A stretch of DNA of 63,750 nt, counting the filler, from Xylographa opegraphella (taxonomy: Eukaryota), in the NCBI GenBank assembly GCA_022813865.1. It is 6 parts of 6 records of this genome, joined end to end, with 100 filler letters (N's around TTAATTAATTAA, not from the genome) between each part and the next. Parts side by side here need not be neighbours in the genome. Positions count along the whole stretch, not along the records: positions 43,525 to 53,593 come from JALDZX010000175.1; positions 53,694 to 63,750 come from JALDZX010000176.1; 4 more parts are not named here. One strand, 5' to 3'. The translations under genes and the position numbers were made by a program. The notes under the pieces are model-generated. The model made no database searches and was not told the origin of the DNA. It worked only from the letters and a program-made list of their open reading frames with translations. Shown here one piece after another: positions 52,668 through 63,750 of this stretch. The first letter of the stretch is position 1. The number at the start of each line of letters is the position of its first letter.

Positions 52668-53536
52668 GGAATATTATGAGAAAAGTGACGGCAATAAATG
52701 TAGCGAATCTCGATAGTCGAAAATAATGATTTGAATTACACTGAAAAAATGTTCAATTCGTCAATATTATTATTAAATCGAGACGAATAAACTGAGCAAG
52801 AGTTGTTATATCTCGAAAAATAATGCGTTAATAAAAGATATCAAAAATAAAAAAATTATCGTAAAAATTTATTAATTTATCAATTTAATAATAATAAAAA
52901 TAAAAATATACTTATTTTTGTACTGTCGATGTTAATTAATTAAATAAGAATTTATTTAATAATTAAATTTATTATATAAATTTTTAAAAAACTACTTTTT
53001 CAATTTATAAACGTTAATTTATCGTTATAATTACGTTATATTATTTATTTATTTATTATATTTGTTAAAATAAAAGTTTATAAATTCGAGTCCTCAAGGA
53101 GCGCTTTCGAAAAAAACCCTCGAGATCGTAACGGTGAATTTTCTTAAACAGGGGGTAAGGCAATGGCAGCGGTTATAAATATCTGTAAAAAAAATAAAAA
53201 GAGTTTATATTTATATTAAAATTATTTATTGCCTGCGATATATAAATTAAATACATCAGAATTCCCAGAATTTTTAACGTTTTTATATAAACGTTTTATT
53301 ATTATAATTTGAACTATTCTAATATTTTTAATATTTACTGTTGATATTATAATTATTAAAATTCCTTTAATACCTCGTTATATAATTTCGTTGAACCCCT
53401 TTACGCGTTGTTTTATTATGATTTAACGCGATTTTATAATATTAAATTTTTTAAATTTTTTAATTTTTAAAAATAAATTATTTTCTTATAATATACTCAA
53501 TCGTAATAGCAACGTTATTAGTTGATAATTAATTAG

Positions 53537-53593
53537 TGTTACGGCTCATCAACTCACCACACAAGCACGCCTAGAACGTAAGCTTTAGGTGGA
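53537..53593 (-). mobile_element. Family B LTR fragment at the scaffold end
   Basis: Identical to the start of the 59526 copy. Confidence 0.85.
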
Positions 53594-53693
53594 NNNNNNN
53601 NNNNNNNNNNNNNNNNNNNNNNNNNNNNNNNNNNNNNTTAATTAATTAANNNNNNNNNNNNNNNNNNNNNNNNNNNNNNNNNNNNNNNNNNNN
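53594..53693. other. Artificial scaffold linker
   Basis: N44-TTAATTAATTAA-N44. Confidence 0.97.
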
Positions 53694-54181
53694 GCGGACC
53701 CCTACTGCGGAGACCTTAGGGGGGACAATCAGGGCTCGCTAGCGCTCACCCAGAACCCATATTTTCATGAACGCTCCAAGCACATCGACGTAATTTATCA
53801 CCATATTCAAGACCTGGCAAAGCAAAATCGAATCAAGGTGACGTACGTGCCTACACAGGATATGGCCGCGGACGGGCTAACTAAGGTACTAAATCCTACT
53901 AAATATAAGCAGTTTACAAGGCTTCTGGGTATGTTAAGCAGTAGGAGTGCTGCAGTCGTTAGGGGATGTTACAATAAAGGCTGAGTAGAAGTGTTGAAAA
54001 TCCAGGGGGTTAATAGCCTGTGTTGTCGGCTTGTATTATAGCCAATTAGGACTAGCTTAGTACAGGACTCGAAGAGTCTTCTGAAGCTTCCGCTTCAGGA
54101 GAACTCTTCACCTTCTTAGTGATTAAGCAATGCACTGCTATCGGCTGCCAAAACCCCTGTGCCTAGTGATTAAATTCAACA
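53694..54181 (+). mobile_element. Ty1/Copia 3' end: RNase H C-terminus (stop at 53984), PPT and family C 3' LTR (53992-54181)
   Basis: GDNQGSLALTQNPYFHERSKHIDVIYHHIQD...VTYVPTQDMAADGLTK; GAGTAGAAG before TGTTGAAAATCC. Confidence 0.92.
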
Positions 54182-54587
54182 TAAATAAATAAATATATTA
54201 AATGCGTAAAAAATATACTTTTTAAGCGATCTGTAAAATTTGAAATTTTAAGTGTAAATTCTTTTTGCTGATGAAAATACTGTAAATAATTTACGTTTTT
54301 TATAGCAAAAAATGAATAAAAACCGTAAACACGATTATTATTATATATATAATAATTAAATCAATTATAATATAATTATATTTCAAGAATTTTTTTCACT
54401 TTTTGCATGATTATTTTATTAATAATTTGATAATAAATTCAGTTTTTAACGTAATTAAAATTAAGTAAACATTAAAAATATGAAATTAAATTTATTGAAA
54501 ATAAAAAAATATTTAAAGCGAAAATTTGAATACATTTTATATTAATTATTACGACAATATTTATAAAAAAAATATAAACAAAGAAAA

Positions 54588-54708
54588 CTCGCAGGGTTTT
54601 CGCCCATTTTCCAGAAACTTTTATCCCCATGTAATAATACTCGCCCCGGGGGGCCCCCTTCGAGGGCACCCCTCGGGGACTCGAGCTTATAAACTCCCAC
54701 TTCAACAA
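54588..54708 (+). repeat. Dispersed GC-rich hairpin repeat; inverted copy at 56342-56460, decayed copies near 24530 and 53085
   Basis: TACTCGCCCCGGGGGCCCCCTTCGAGGGCACCCCTCGGGGACTCGAGCTTATAAACTCCCACTTCAACAA. Confidence 0.8.
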
Positions 54709-55096
54709 ATTATATATATAAAAATAGTTGAAAATAAAGAAATAAATAAAATATTTGCGATCGAGTTAAAAATCGTGTTTTGATGCGATTATTATATAAA
54801 TTCGAGTTAAACTTTAAATAAAATTCCTTAATTTATTTTAATTTGAACTCTCACTGTGATCACTCCTTGAGTACGAGAATATTGTTTTTACTCAATAAAC
54901 GGAAGAGATTTTAGTTAAACGTCTTTACAGTATCAAGCTGGTGCTGCTTACTACGGTACTAAGGTTGATGACGCTTCGATGAAACCTTCCTGAAAGCAGG
55001 CACGAAGAGAAACCCCAGGTTCCACAAACCACCTATCATTCCACCATTCTTATTGCTTGGGTCTATCGTAAGACCTTCTGCAAGTCTATCAGTAGA

Positions 55097-55807
55097 ATGG
55101 AATCCATCCTGACTTCGGCCATTCCAGATTGTGGTATTCAAGACGCACCCAAGACTTTGCTCCCTTCCCTTGGTGCAATACTCAAACGCTATCTTCATCT
55201 TTTAGACTTGTATCAAGCGTTCCGGCTGGAGCTGACAGAATCGCTGTCTTTGGTAGGTTGTGAGCGTATTTCACGTGGCATCAATAATGTTAATATAAAC
55301 CGGAAAAGGGATATTTCCTTCTCGCTCAAGCCAACTTCAGATCGTCGGACAGGTTTCGCTATGGGCAGGACTTCTATGACCATAGGATGCAGGCGTCGTT
55401 AAAGATGTACACTGTACTCCTCGTCTGACTTGGCACCCGAGCTGATGTCAGTATCCAGAGACATCAGAAATGTACAACCAGCCACTTCTCGAAGATTCTT
55501 CCTCGTTGCAGCCTCCACCCTGGTGGGTAAGAGCTGTCCGGGATCCCAAAAATCCTCAAAACAACTACAAATTATAGAAGAGTCTGAGGTGGAGTCTTTA
55601 GTCCGAAAGGATTTGGCAGAAAAGTCGCCTCGTGACCCGCTGGATTGGTTCGGAATCCTTGTTCCCCCAGCTCTGGGCACTGCTCAGGCAGCTTTCAAGT
55701 CAGCCTTGAATGAGGCGGTTTCGAATGTCATCAATATCTCCGTGGAGATGCGAGATCTTGAAGCGGAGGTCGAAGGACTTCGGCGCAGGATTCGGAGTAC
55801 GGAGTAA
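55097..55807 (+). CDS. VMA22: V-ATPase assembly factor, Vma22/CCDC115-like; two introns
   Basis: RYLHLLDLYQ, GYFLLAQANF...RYGQDFYDHRMQAS, DPLDWFGILVPPAL, C-terminal coiled coil. Confidence 0.8.
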
Positions 55808-56871
55808 GGATTGAGTACTGAAGCCCGACCACCTTTGCATGGATAATCAACATGAACGGAGCGTATCCCGCCAAGATAAGCGACAAGATCCAAAGCATGC
55901 GGAGCAGCCACTGCCATATATCTTCAAGTATATACAATATTACAAATGAGCGGTAGCTTCCGTATTGAGTATCCATCATCCTCGATGCCCGGTACCTCTT
56001 GGGTTCTGTGAGTAATGAAGCCGGGCAGTAGTACTAGGACTTTGCGGCTCTTCTGCATCACTGCACGTATATGGAGAATGGAGCAGGCGTAGAAGGGACT
56101 ATTCAACCCAAACAAACCCTGTCCACGAAGTAGTGGTGGACGCTGTCTCTCACACAACACAACATCATTGAAGCAGCCTCCACTTCGTATCTGCATGTGG
56201 AAATTCGTTTTTATATCAGCTGAGAAGGCGTGTTTAAACTTAATACGTAATTCATCCGACGTATTAAAATTTACATGTGAGTTTTACATATATTATAAAT
56301 CTCAAAATAGTTTGAATATTAAATTTTTTTCATGAATAAACTTGTTGAAATGGGAGTTTATAAGCTCGAGTCCCCGATGCGTGCCCCCGAAGGAGGCCCC
56401 CGAGGCGAGTATAACTACCCGGAGATAAAAGTTTCTGGAAAATAAGTAAAACCCTGTGAGCCTTATTTCTCTTTATAATTTTTTTTTCAAATATTCACGT
56501 TGTATACTGCGGCATAAATTGAATTAACTCATCAATGAATTATAAATTGAATTGGATTTGAATCGAATTTTAAATTGAATTCAAGGGGGCCTCGACTCAA
56601 TTTAATTTTCTGATTTAAATTCTGAATTGAATTGAATTAAATCAGTTGCATAGTTATATAAAATTTATATAATATATTTTTATAATTATTTTTATAATAA
56701 TCGCAAATTTGTATATTTATATATATATTACACGCTTGCGTAATTTTACGAGTTTACGCGTATTTTATTATAATAAGTATATTTCGTAGATATATACGTA
56801 TTTTATTATAAAAATAAATTTCGCAGACCTGCGCGTATTTTATTAATAAACGAATTTCATAAATTTACGCG

Positions 56872-57572
56872 TATTAACAAAAAGGAAAAACGAAAATTCG
56901 ATCAAAAAGTATACTTTTTGCGCAAAAAGCAGATCTGCAGAAATAGCACAAAGGTTTTTAATTTTTGTATGCAAAAAATATACTTTTCGCGCATTCAGCA
57001 CGTTCAGCACGATTAATAACTTTTCTATTAAATTAAATTAAAAAATCACAAAAAATTTCCCAAAATGATTAATTCGCTTAGAAATATATTTAAAAAATTA
57101 TTTAAAATAGATAAAAGCTGACTAAGCAAAAAAAAATTTCGAATAAAATTCTTTTAAATCCCTTTAAGCAGGCCCTTTACTAAATTTATATAAGCAATAT
57201 AAATACGTAACTAGGTCAATTTTACGTTAAAAATCCAAATTCGTCAAAATTCGTCAAAATTCTTATATTGCGTTGAATATTCGTAAAGTTACAGCGTTAG
57301 CGAATATTTACGAGTAATACTCATTAATTTAAAACTTTATAATTTATTTTATTTTTAGTTATTTTTAATTATTTTTAACTATATATTAAAAAGTTATTAA
57401 AAACGTATTTTATACGTATTTTAAATATCAAAAAATACTTATTAACAGAGTAAAAAGCCAAATTTTTTGCTTTTTGTGCTGAATGTGCTAAACGTGTTGA
57501 ATACGCAAAAAGTATGCTTTTTGATCGGCCTGTAAAACCTTGAATTTTAAGCAAGAATTCTTTTTGCTAATG
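56872..57572. mobile_element. ~700-bp non-autonomous DNA transposon with CATCAGCAAAAAG-type TIRs
   Basis: TATTAACAAAAAGG...TTCTTTTTGCTAATG; matching ends near 2240, 22272, 42956, 47345, 49686 and 54272. Confidence 0.7.
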
Positions 57573-58273
57573 ATACGACGTTAATCGATCGCTGTAATTA
57601 TTAACGAATAAAACGAATTTTTTTAATATAAACCGCATATTTTTAAAGATTAACGAAAATATAATATAACTTTTCGTTTTTAATATATTTATTATAAAAA
57701 TATATAATAAAAAATTTTTAAAATACGAATATTTACTGATTACTTTTTACGACGAATATAATTGAAACGTTTCAATATTTTAAAAATGATTTTTACAGGG
57801 CAAAAACTTTAAAAAAAGTTAGCATTAAAGTTTTTATTTTTATAAAATAAATCGCGTAAATAAATATATTAATTTTCGTACTATCGAGTATTGTGAAAAA
57901 AGTATATAAACTTATTATTAAATATTATTAAAAAAGCACTAAAAGTTATTATTAAATGTTGTTAAAAAAGGTATTAAAAGGCACGCAGGAATAGAATTTT
58001 GATATAAAATAAAAAAAATTCTTATATTAAAAAAGACGTGTTTAATTTATATTATAATTTAATTTATGTTATAATTTAATTTATATTATAATTTAATTCA
58101 TAAAATAAAAATCTTTAATATAAATATTGTACGAGAATTGTTATTTCTTTAAAAATAATAAGTTTATTACTGTATTTTTTATTTATTTATTAATGAATAA
58201 ACCCAGATGTTAAATTGAATTATATCAATGAGATTCAAAATCGTAATAATTATAAATAATTACGAAATTATAT

Positions 58274-60200
58274 TATATTACGGTATAAATTAAATTAATT
58301 CACTGAGTTATAAATTAAATTGAATCTGGGTTGAATTCTGAATTGAGTTCAGGGGGGCCTCAATTCAATTCAATTTTTTAAATTAAATTTTAAATTAAAT
58401 CGAGTTAATTCAATCGTATAATTATATAAAATTTATAGAATATATTTTTATAGCTATTTTTATAATGATCGCGAATTTTTACGCTTGCGTATATATTATA
58501 CGCCTGCGTGGCCTGTGAGCCTACATGGCCTGCGCGTATTTCATTATAATAAACGTATTTCGCATGCCTGTACATATTTATTACGCCTGCGAGCCTGCGA
58601 GCCTGCGCGTATTTTATTATTATAAGCGTATTTCGCAAATTTATAAATATTTATTACGCTTGCGAGTTTAAATGATTTACGCGTATATTCGTCACGTTTA
58701 TAAATTTATAAACCTGTGCGTATTTTATACATTTGCGAGTTTGTAAATTTACGCGTATTTCATTATCATAAACGCATTTCGCAGACCTGCATATATTTAT
58801 TACGTTTATAAATTTGCGTGATCTGCGCGTATATTCGCCACGCTTGCAAATCTGAGTGATTTACGTATATTTTATTATAAAAAACCTATTTCGCAGGCCT
58901 GCGCGTATTTTATTATAATAAACGTATTTCGTAAACCTGCGCATATTTTGTTAATAAACGAATTTCGCAGATTTACGTGTATTTTGCAAATTTACGTTAA
59001 AAATTTGCGTTGTAAAATATAATATAAAATTCGAAATTTTCCGTTTACGATATTTAAATTTTAAAAATTGAATTTTAAAAAAATTAATTTTAAACGACGT
59101 TAAGTTAAAATTTAATTTACGCAAGTCTTACGATATTTAATTAATTATAATATTTCACGTTCGACAAAAATATTTCGATTTTAATAAATCCAATTTTTAT
59201 TATAAATAAAAGTTTTTAATGCGTAAAATTGTAGAAATAATAATAATAATAAATATAACGCAAAATGCGCGTAAACTTGCAAAATACGTAAAATTTATAT
59301 AATTCGCTTAATATAATATAATGCACGCAGATTACGTAAACTCGCAAATTCGTTAACGTAATAAATATACGCGTAAATTATATAAATTCGTAAACGTAAT
59401 AAATATATACAAATCTGCGAAATATATTTATTATCATGAAATACGCGCAAGTTTGTAAATTTGCAAACGTATAATATACGCATAAATTTGCAAGATGCGT
59501 TTATTATAATGAAATACTTGCAGGCTGTTACGGCTCATCAACTCACCACACAAGCACGCCTAGAACGTAAGCTTTAGGTGGACGATTTCAACCAAGATTA
59601 AGATGGAGAAGCGGTGAGGCTGCTCCATGGGCGAGACTATATACTAAAGGTGCTAGTCCTGATCCAGCCCGACCCCTATTACCCGTGACTGATGTCATAG
59701 CCGTCACACAGGCTCGCAAATTCGCAAACGTGACGAATATACGCGCAGGTTACGCAAGCTCGCAAATATAATAAATATACATAAATTTGTGAAATATATT
59801 TATTACAATGCAATACGCGTAAATCACGTAAATTTACAAATTACGCAGACGTATAATATACGCATAAACGTGCGCAAGACCGTTCTTATAATGAAATACG
59901 CGCAGGCCACGCAGATTTATAAATTACGCAGGCGTGTAATATACGCGCAAAGCTGTTCAATAAATATAAACTCACAAATTATATAAACGTAAAAATTCGC
60001 GATTATTATAAAAATGATTAAAAAATTTATTATATAAATTTTATATATAATATAATATTATATAATTATACGACTGAGTTAATTCAATTCAATTTAATTC
60101 AATTTATAAGAAATTGAAACAATTTATCAATAATTCAATTTGAAGTGGGTTGAATTATTTATTCAATAATTTAATTCAATTCAACTTATATCGTAGTATA
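58274..60200. mobile_element. Foldback-like element with long, internally repetitive inverted arms
   Basis: Left arm has repeated CCTGCGCGTATTT, right arm AAATACGCGCAG; termini TATATTACGGTATAA / TTATATCGTAGTATA; a related arm starts at 56503. Confidence 0.7.
59526..59708 (-). mobile_element. Complete solo LTR family B (183 bp) inserted in the right arm of the foldback element
   Basis: TGTTACGGC...CCGTCACA with TSD CAGGC. Confidence 0.93.
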
Positions 60201-60332
60201 AATTATATATTTACGTATTAACGTCGTCGAGTTTATAACGATTTAAATTTTTATTTAATAATATTCCCCATTTAATAAACTTGCTTAAAATAAAACCTTT
60301 TAAATAATAACGATTTTTAATAATATAATATA

Positions 60333-60523
60333 TATCAAAAGGCACGTGTATTTGGATCAGGGCGGGGGCAACAGTAATCGTATATTCGGTGAAGTTCGGT
60401 ATAGGCCACGTGAACGTGACATATACCTCCTACGCTAGTACTGAACTACGCTATACATAAATAGAACTAGCCTTCAGGTATTCCTTCATGCCTACCAGCA
60501 AGTGATGCTTCTACCAATTAACA
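60333..60523. mobile_element. Solo LTR family D
   Basis: Matches 33190-33380; TSD ATATA. Confidence 0.85.
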
Positions 60524-63500
60524 ATATAATTCTTTATTTAATTTTTTAATATAATATTTTATATCGCTTTTTTAAATTAATTTTTTAATAAAATATTTTA
60601 TAACCCCGTAATCGCAAAATGGCGAAAATATAATAATAAAATTATTAATATAATAGAATTATTGATATAGTAATAAATTATAAATAATAAAAAAATTGAT
60701 ATAATAAAATTATTGATATAATAATTATAATTATAACAAAAAATTACAAATATTTATGCATAATAACGTTTTTAATAAATTCTTTTTTAGCGTTTTTATA
60801 ATAAATAATTTTAATTTAAATATCAAAAACGATTTCGAGTTGAGTTAAATCGTAGTTATAATATATATTTAATAATATAAAATTAACGATATTTAATATT
60901 AATATTTAAAAAAATTTAAATTATAACCCCGTAATTTGTTTAAAAAAGTATTTTAACGTATTATATTAATATTTGTTACAGTAATTATATAATAAAACGA
61001 AAAATATTAAATGATTATTATAGTAAACGAAAAAAGATAATATCGATATTTTTTATAAATAATATTAGTAAAAAACGTATAATTTATATAAAAGATAACG
61101 AAAACTTTAAACGATTATAATATTATATATTTAATCATTTTGATAGTTATGATAAATAATAATTATTTTATTTATCTCGTTTTTTCGCAATGATTTTTAC
61201 TTTATTTTTTATTATAGCTAAAAATTTATTTTATAATAATCGTTTCTCGCTATAATTAACGATTTATTTTACAGTAAAATCCTCAAAAACTTTTTTTAAT
61301 ATTTTATAATAAAATTATAATATTATCGCTTCCCGCTATAATCGCTTTATAATAAAATTATTAAAAAAAGTTTACTTTATAACAAAATTATAATATTATC
61401 ATTTTTCGCTATAATTAACGATTTGTTTTACAGTAAAATTAATAAAGCGAAACTTTTTTTAATTTTATTACTCTCGATTACAACTTTTTTTATTTATTTT
61501 ATTTATATATATAATAATCTTGTCGAGGCTTTTAAACGTCGAGTAAAAAACGATGAATATCGAAAAAAAATTTAAATTTTAAATAAATTTAAAAATTTAG
61601 AAAATTAAACGTTTTATAATAAAAATAATTAAAATAATTATTAAAAATAATCAAAAAACAACCTGATGTTAAAAAGATAAGTATAATATCAAAAAAATTA
61701 TATTTTTAATATAAATATTTAATTTTTATACGAACGTATAGAGAAAATTCTATATATATAAATATTATTTTAAAGCTAAAAAGATACTTAAAAATAAATA
61801 TTTTCCTAAAGTTAAATATTTCTTTAAAATTAGTATTTTAAATATATAAGATGAAATATAAAAAATTAAAAAATATAAAATCGAATAATAACGTTTCGTA
61901 GCTATTTAGCGTAATTATAATTAAAAAAAATTTATGTTAATAAATTTAATTATGTTAATAATTCTCGTAAAGATTTTTGCGGTAATTTTCAATATTATAG
62001 ATTAAAATTAAAGAATTATTAAAATTAATTCATAAAGAATTATTTTAATAATTCTTTTAGTAATTATATTTATATTTATAAAAGTTTAAAGCCACAACGA
62101 CGGTTTTTACGAATAATATACGACGATTTTATCATTTATTAATAATATATTAATATAATATTTAAAAAATAATTATTAATGATAATATAAATATATAATA
62201 TTCTTTTCTGCGAGAGCGAATGCGTATTATATATATATAAACGATTTATTAAATATTTTAAATTAACGGTATTAACGATGCAGGCTACACTCGAATATTA
62301 AAAATATATATTTAATAACGGAAAATAAACAATTATTGAATAAATTTATGTTTTGTTTTTTTACCTAAGTACTTTAATCTTTTTTTATAATAAATAGTAA
62401 GTCAAAAATAAAATAATACAGTTAATTATAAAATTAAGTTATTCGGTATAAAACAATAGCAAATAAGTTATTTAATATAATTTTAAATATACGTGGCAGA
62501 GAGACTTTAAAGTAACGAAAATAATTATAAAAAATATTTTAATCGTTATTATTATTGTAAAAATCGTAAAAATCGTTATAATGTTTAATATTATCGTATT
62601 TATCGTCAATATCGTATTGTAATTAATATATTTTAAAGTCGTGTAGTTTTTGTATTAAATTAAATTAATATTTTTAAAAAAAGAAAAAAGTTTAAATTTA
62701 ATTCATAGAAAAATATTAAGAAAAAGTAATTAATACGATTGTTTTTAATTGTTAACGACGTAATAATTTTAAAATGCGTAAATACAAACAGAGCGGGATT
62801 TTATTCTCAACATTGTTAATAGTTAAAAATAGTTGCAGTAATTATTTTTTCTCTTCGTTTTTTTACGAATTAAATTAAATTTTTTTTTCTTTAAAATATT
62901 TATTAATATAAAAATATTACCATTGATTTAACAAAAAAAATTATACGATCTTAAAATATATTAACTATAAAATAATATCAACGATAAATACGAGAATATT
63001 GAAGATTTTTGTTTAATATTAATAATAATAGCGATTTTTACGATTTTAACAATAATAATAATAATAAAAATATTTTTATAAGTATTTTTATTATTTCAAA
63101 GTTTTTTTATTACTTATATTCGATATTAATCTAAATAGTTTATTTATTATCGTTTTATATTAAGCAATTTATTTATATAATTAATTATCTTACCTTGTTT
63201 TTAGTTTATTTTTTATAATTAAAAAAAGAAAAAGAAACAATCACGCAAGAGGTAAAGCAAATTCTTAAAATACAATTATAATACAATTAATTTAATTATT
63301 ATACGTATAGTAATAGTCGCCTTTACGTTTTTTAAACGTTTCATACGATAACAAACGTAAAATACTTATAATACTTTAATTTCAACGCGTTAAATGAATT
63401 GTATTCATAATATAAAATACGCGACGAGTCGAAAAACAGTTAATACGTCGTTAAAAAAATTAAAATAAAATAAAACTTTAAAACCCCTTTTTAAAAATAT

Positions 63501-63688
63501 ACTCTTTCAATATTATTTTATAAAACGCCAAAACAGCGTGGAGTTCGTAAAATTCAAAAAAAACTTAATGAAATAAATCGTTCTTTTAAATAAATTAATC
63601 GTGGATTTATTTAAAATAATTAAATAAAAAGTTTTACTAACGATTTTAAATATTAAATAAAGTCGATCGAGCTTTAATATACGTAATG

Positions 63689-63750
63689 TGTAACGGCGTG
63701 TTACATGGCACCTTAACAAGTGATAGACGGAACGGGACTAAAGCGCGTCC
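63689..63750. mobile_element. Family A LTR fragment at the window end
   Basis: Identical to the start of the 29134 copy. Confidence 0.88.

Noticed and set aside
55924..56196. 90-aa minus-strand ORF downstream of VMA22
   Set aside because: No recognisable homology or splice structure; cannot be supported

Overview
Fungal (Pezizomycotina-type ascomycete) genomic DNA. The window is not one locus. It is six scaffolds of decreasing length (10918, 10880, 10724, 10602, 10069 and 10057 bp) joined by artificial 100-bp linkers (N44-TTAATTAATTAA-N44), so adjacency across a linker has no biological meaning. Each scaffold has a small island of intron-containing genes: PMT1, a small mitochondrial-type membrane protein and ERF2; SEY1, a thioesterase-like gene and two conserved hypotheticals; GAL7; UBP8 and DAM1; FYV10 and UGA1; a VMA22-like gene. 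The islands sit in extremely AT-rich, RIP-degenerated transposon DNA: a decayed Ty3/Gypsy element, Ty1/Copia fragments, TIR and foldback-like elements, and many short near-intact solo LTRs, several with 5-bp TSDs. The most unusual feature is at 18349-18462. A putative 63-nt terminal intron encodes the same 16-aa C-terminus as the exon after it (9 synonymous and 1 conservative difference), so spliced and unspliced transcripts would give almost the same protein.
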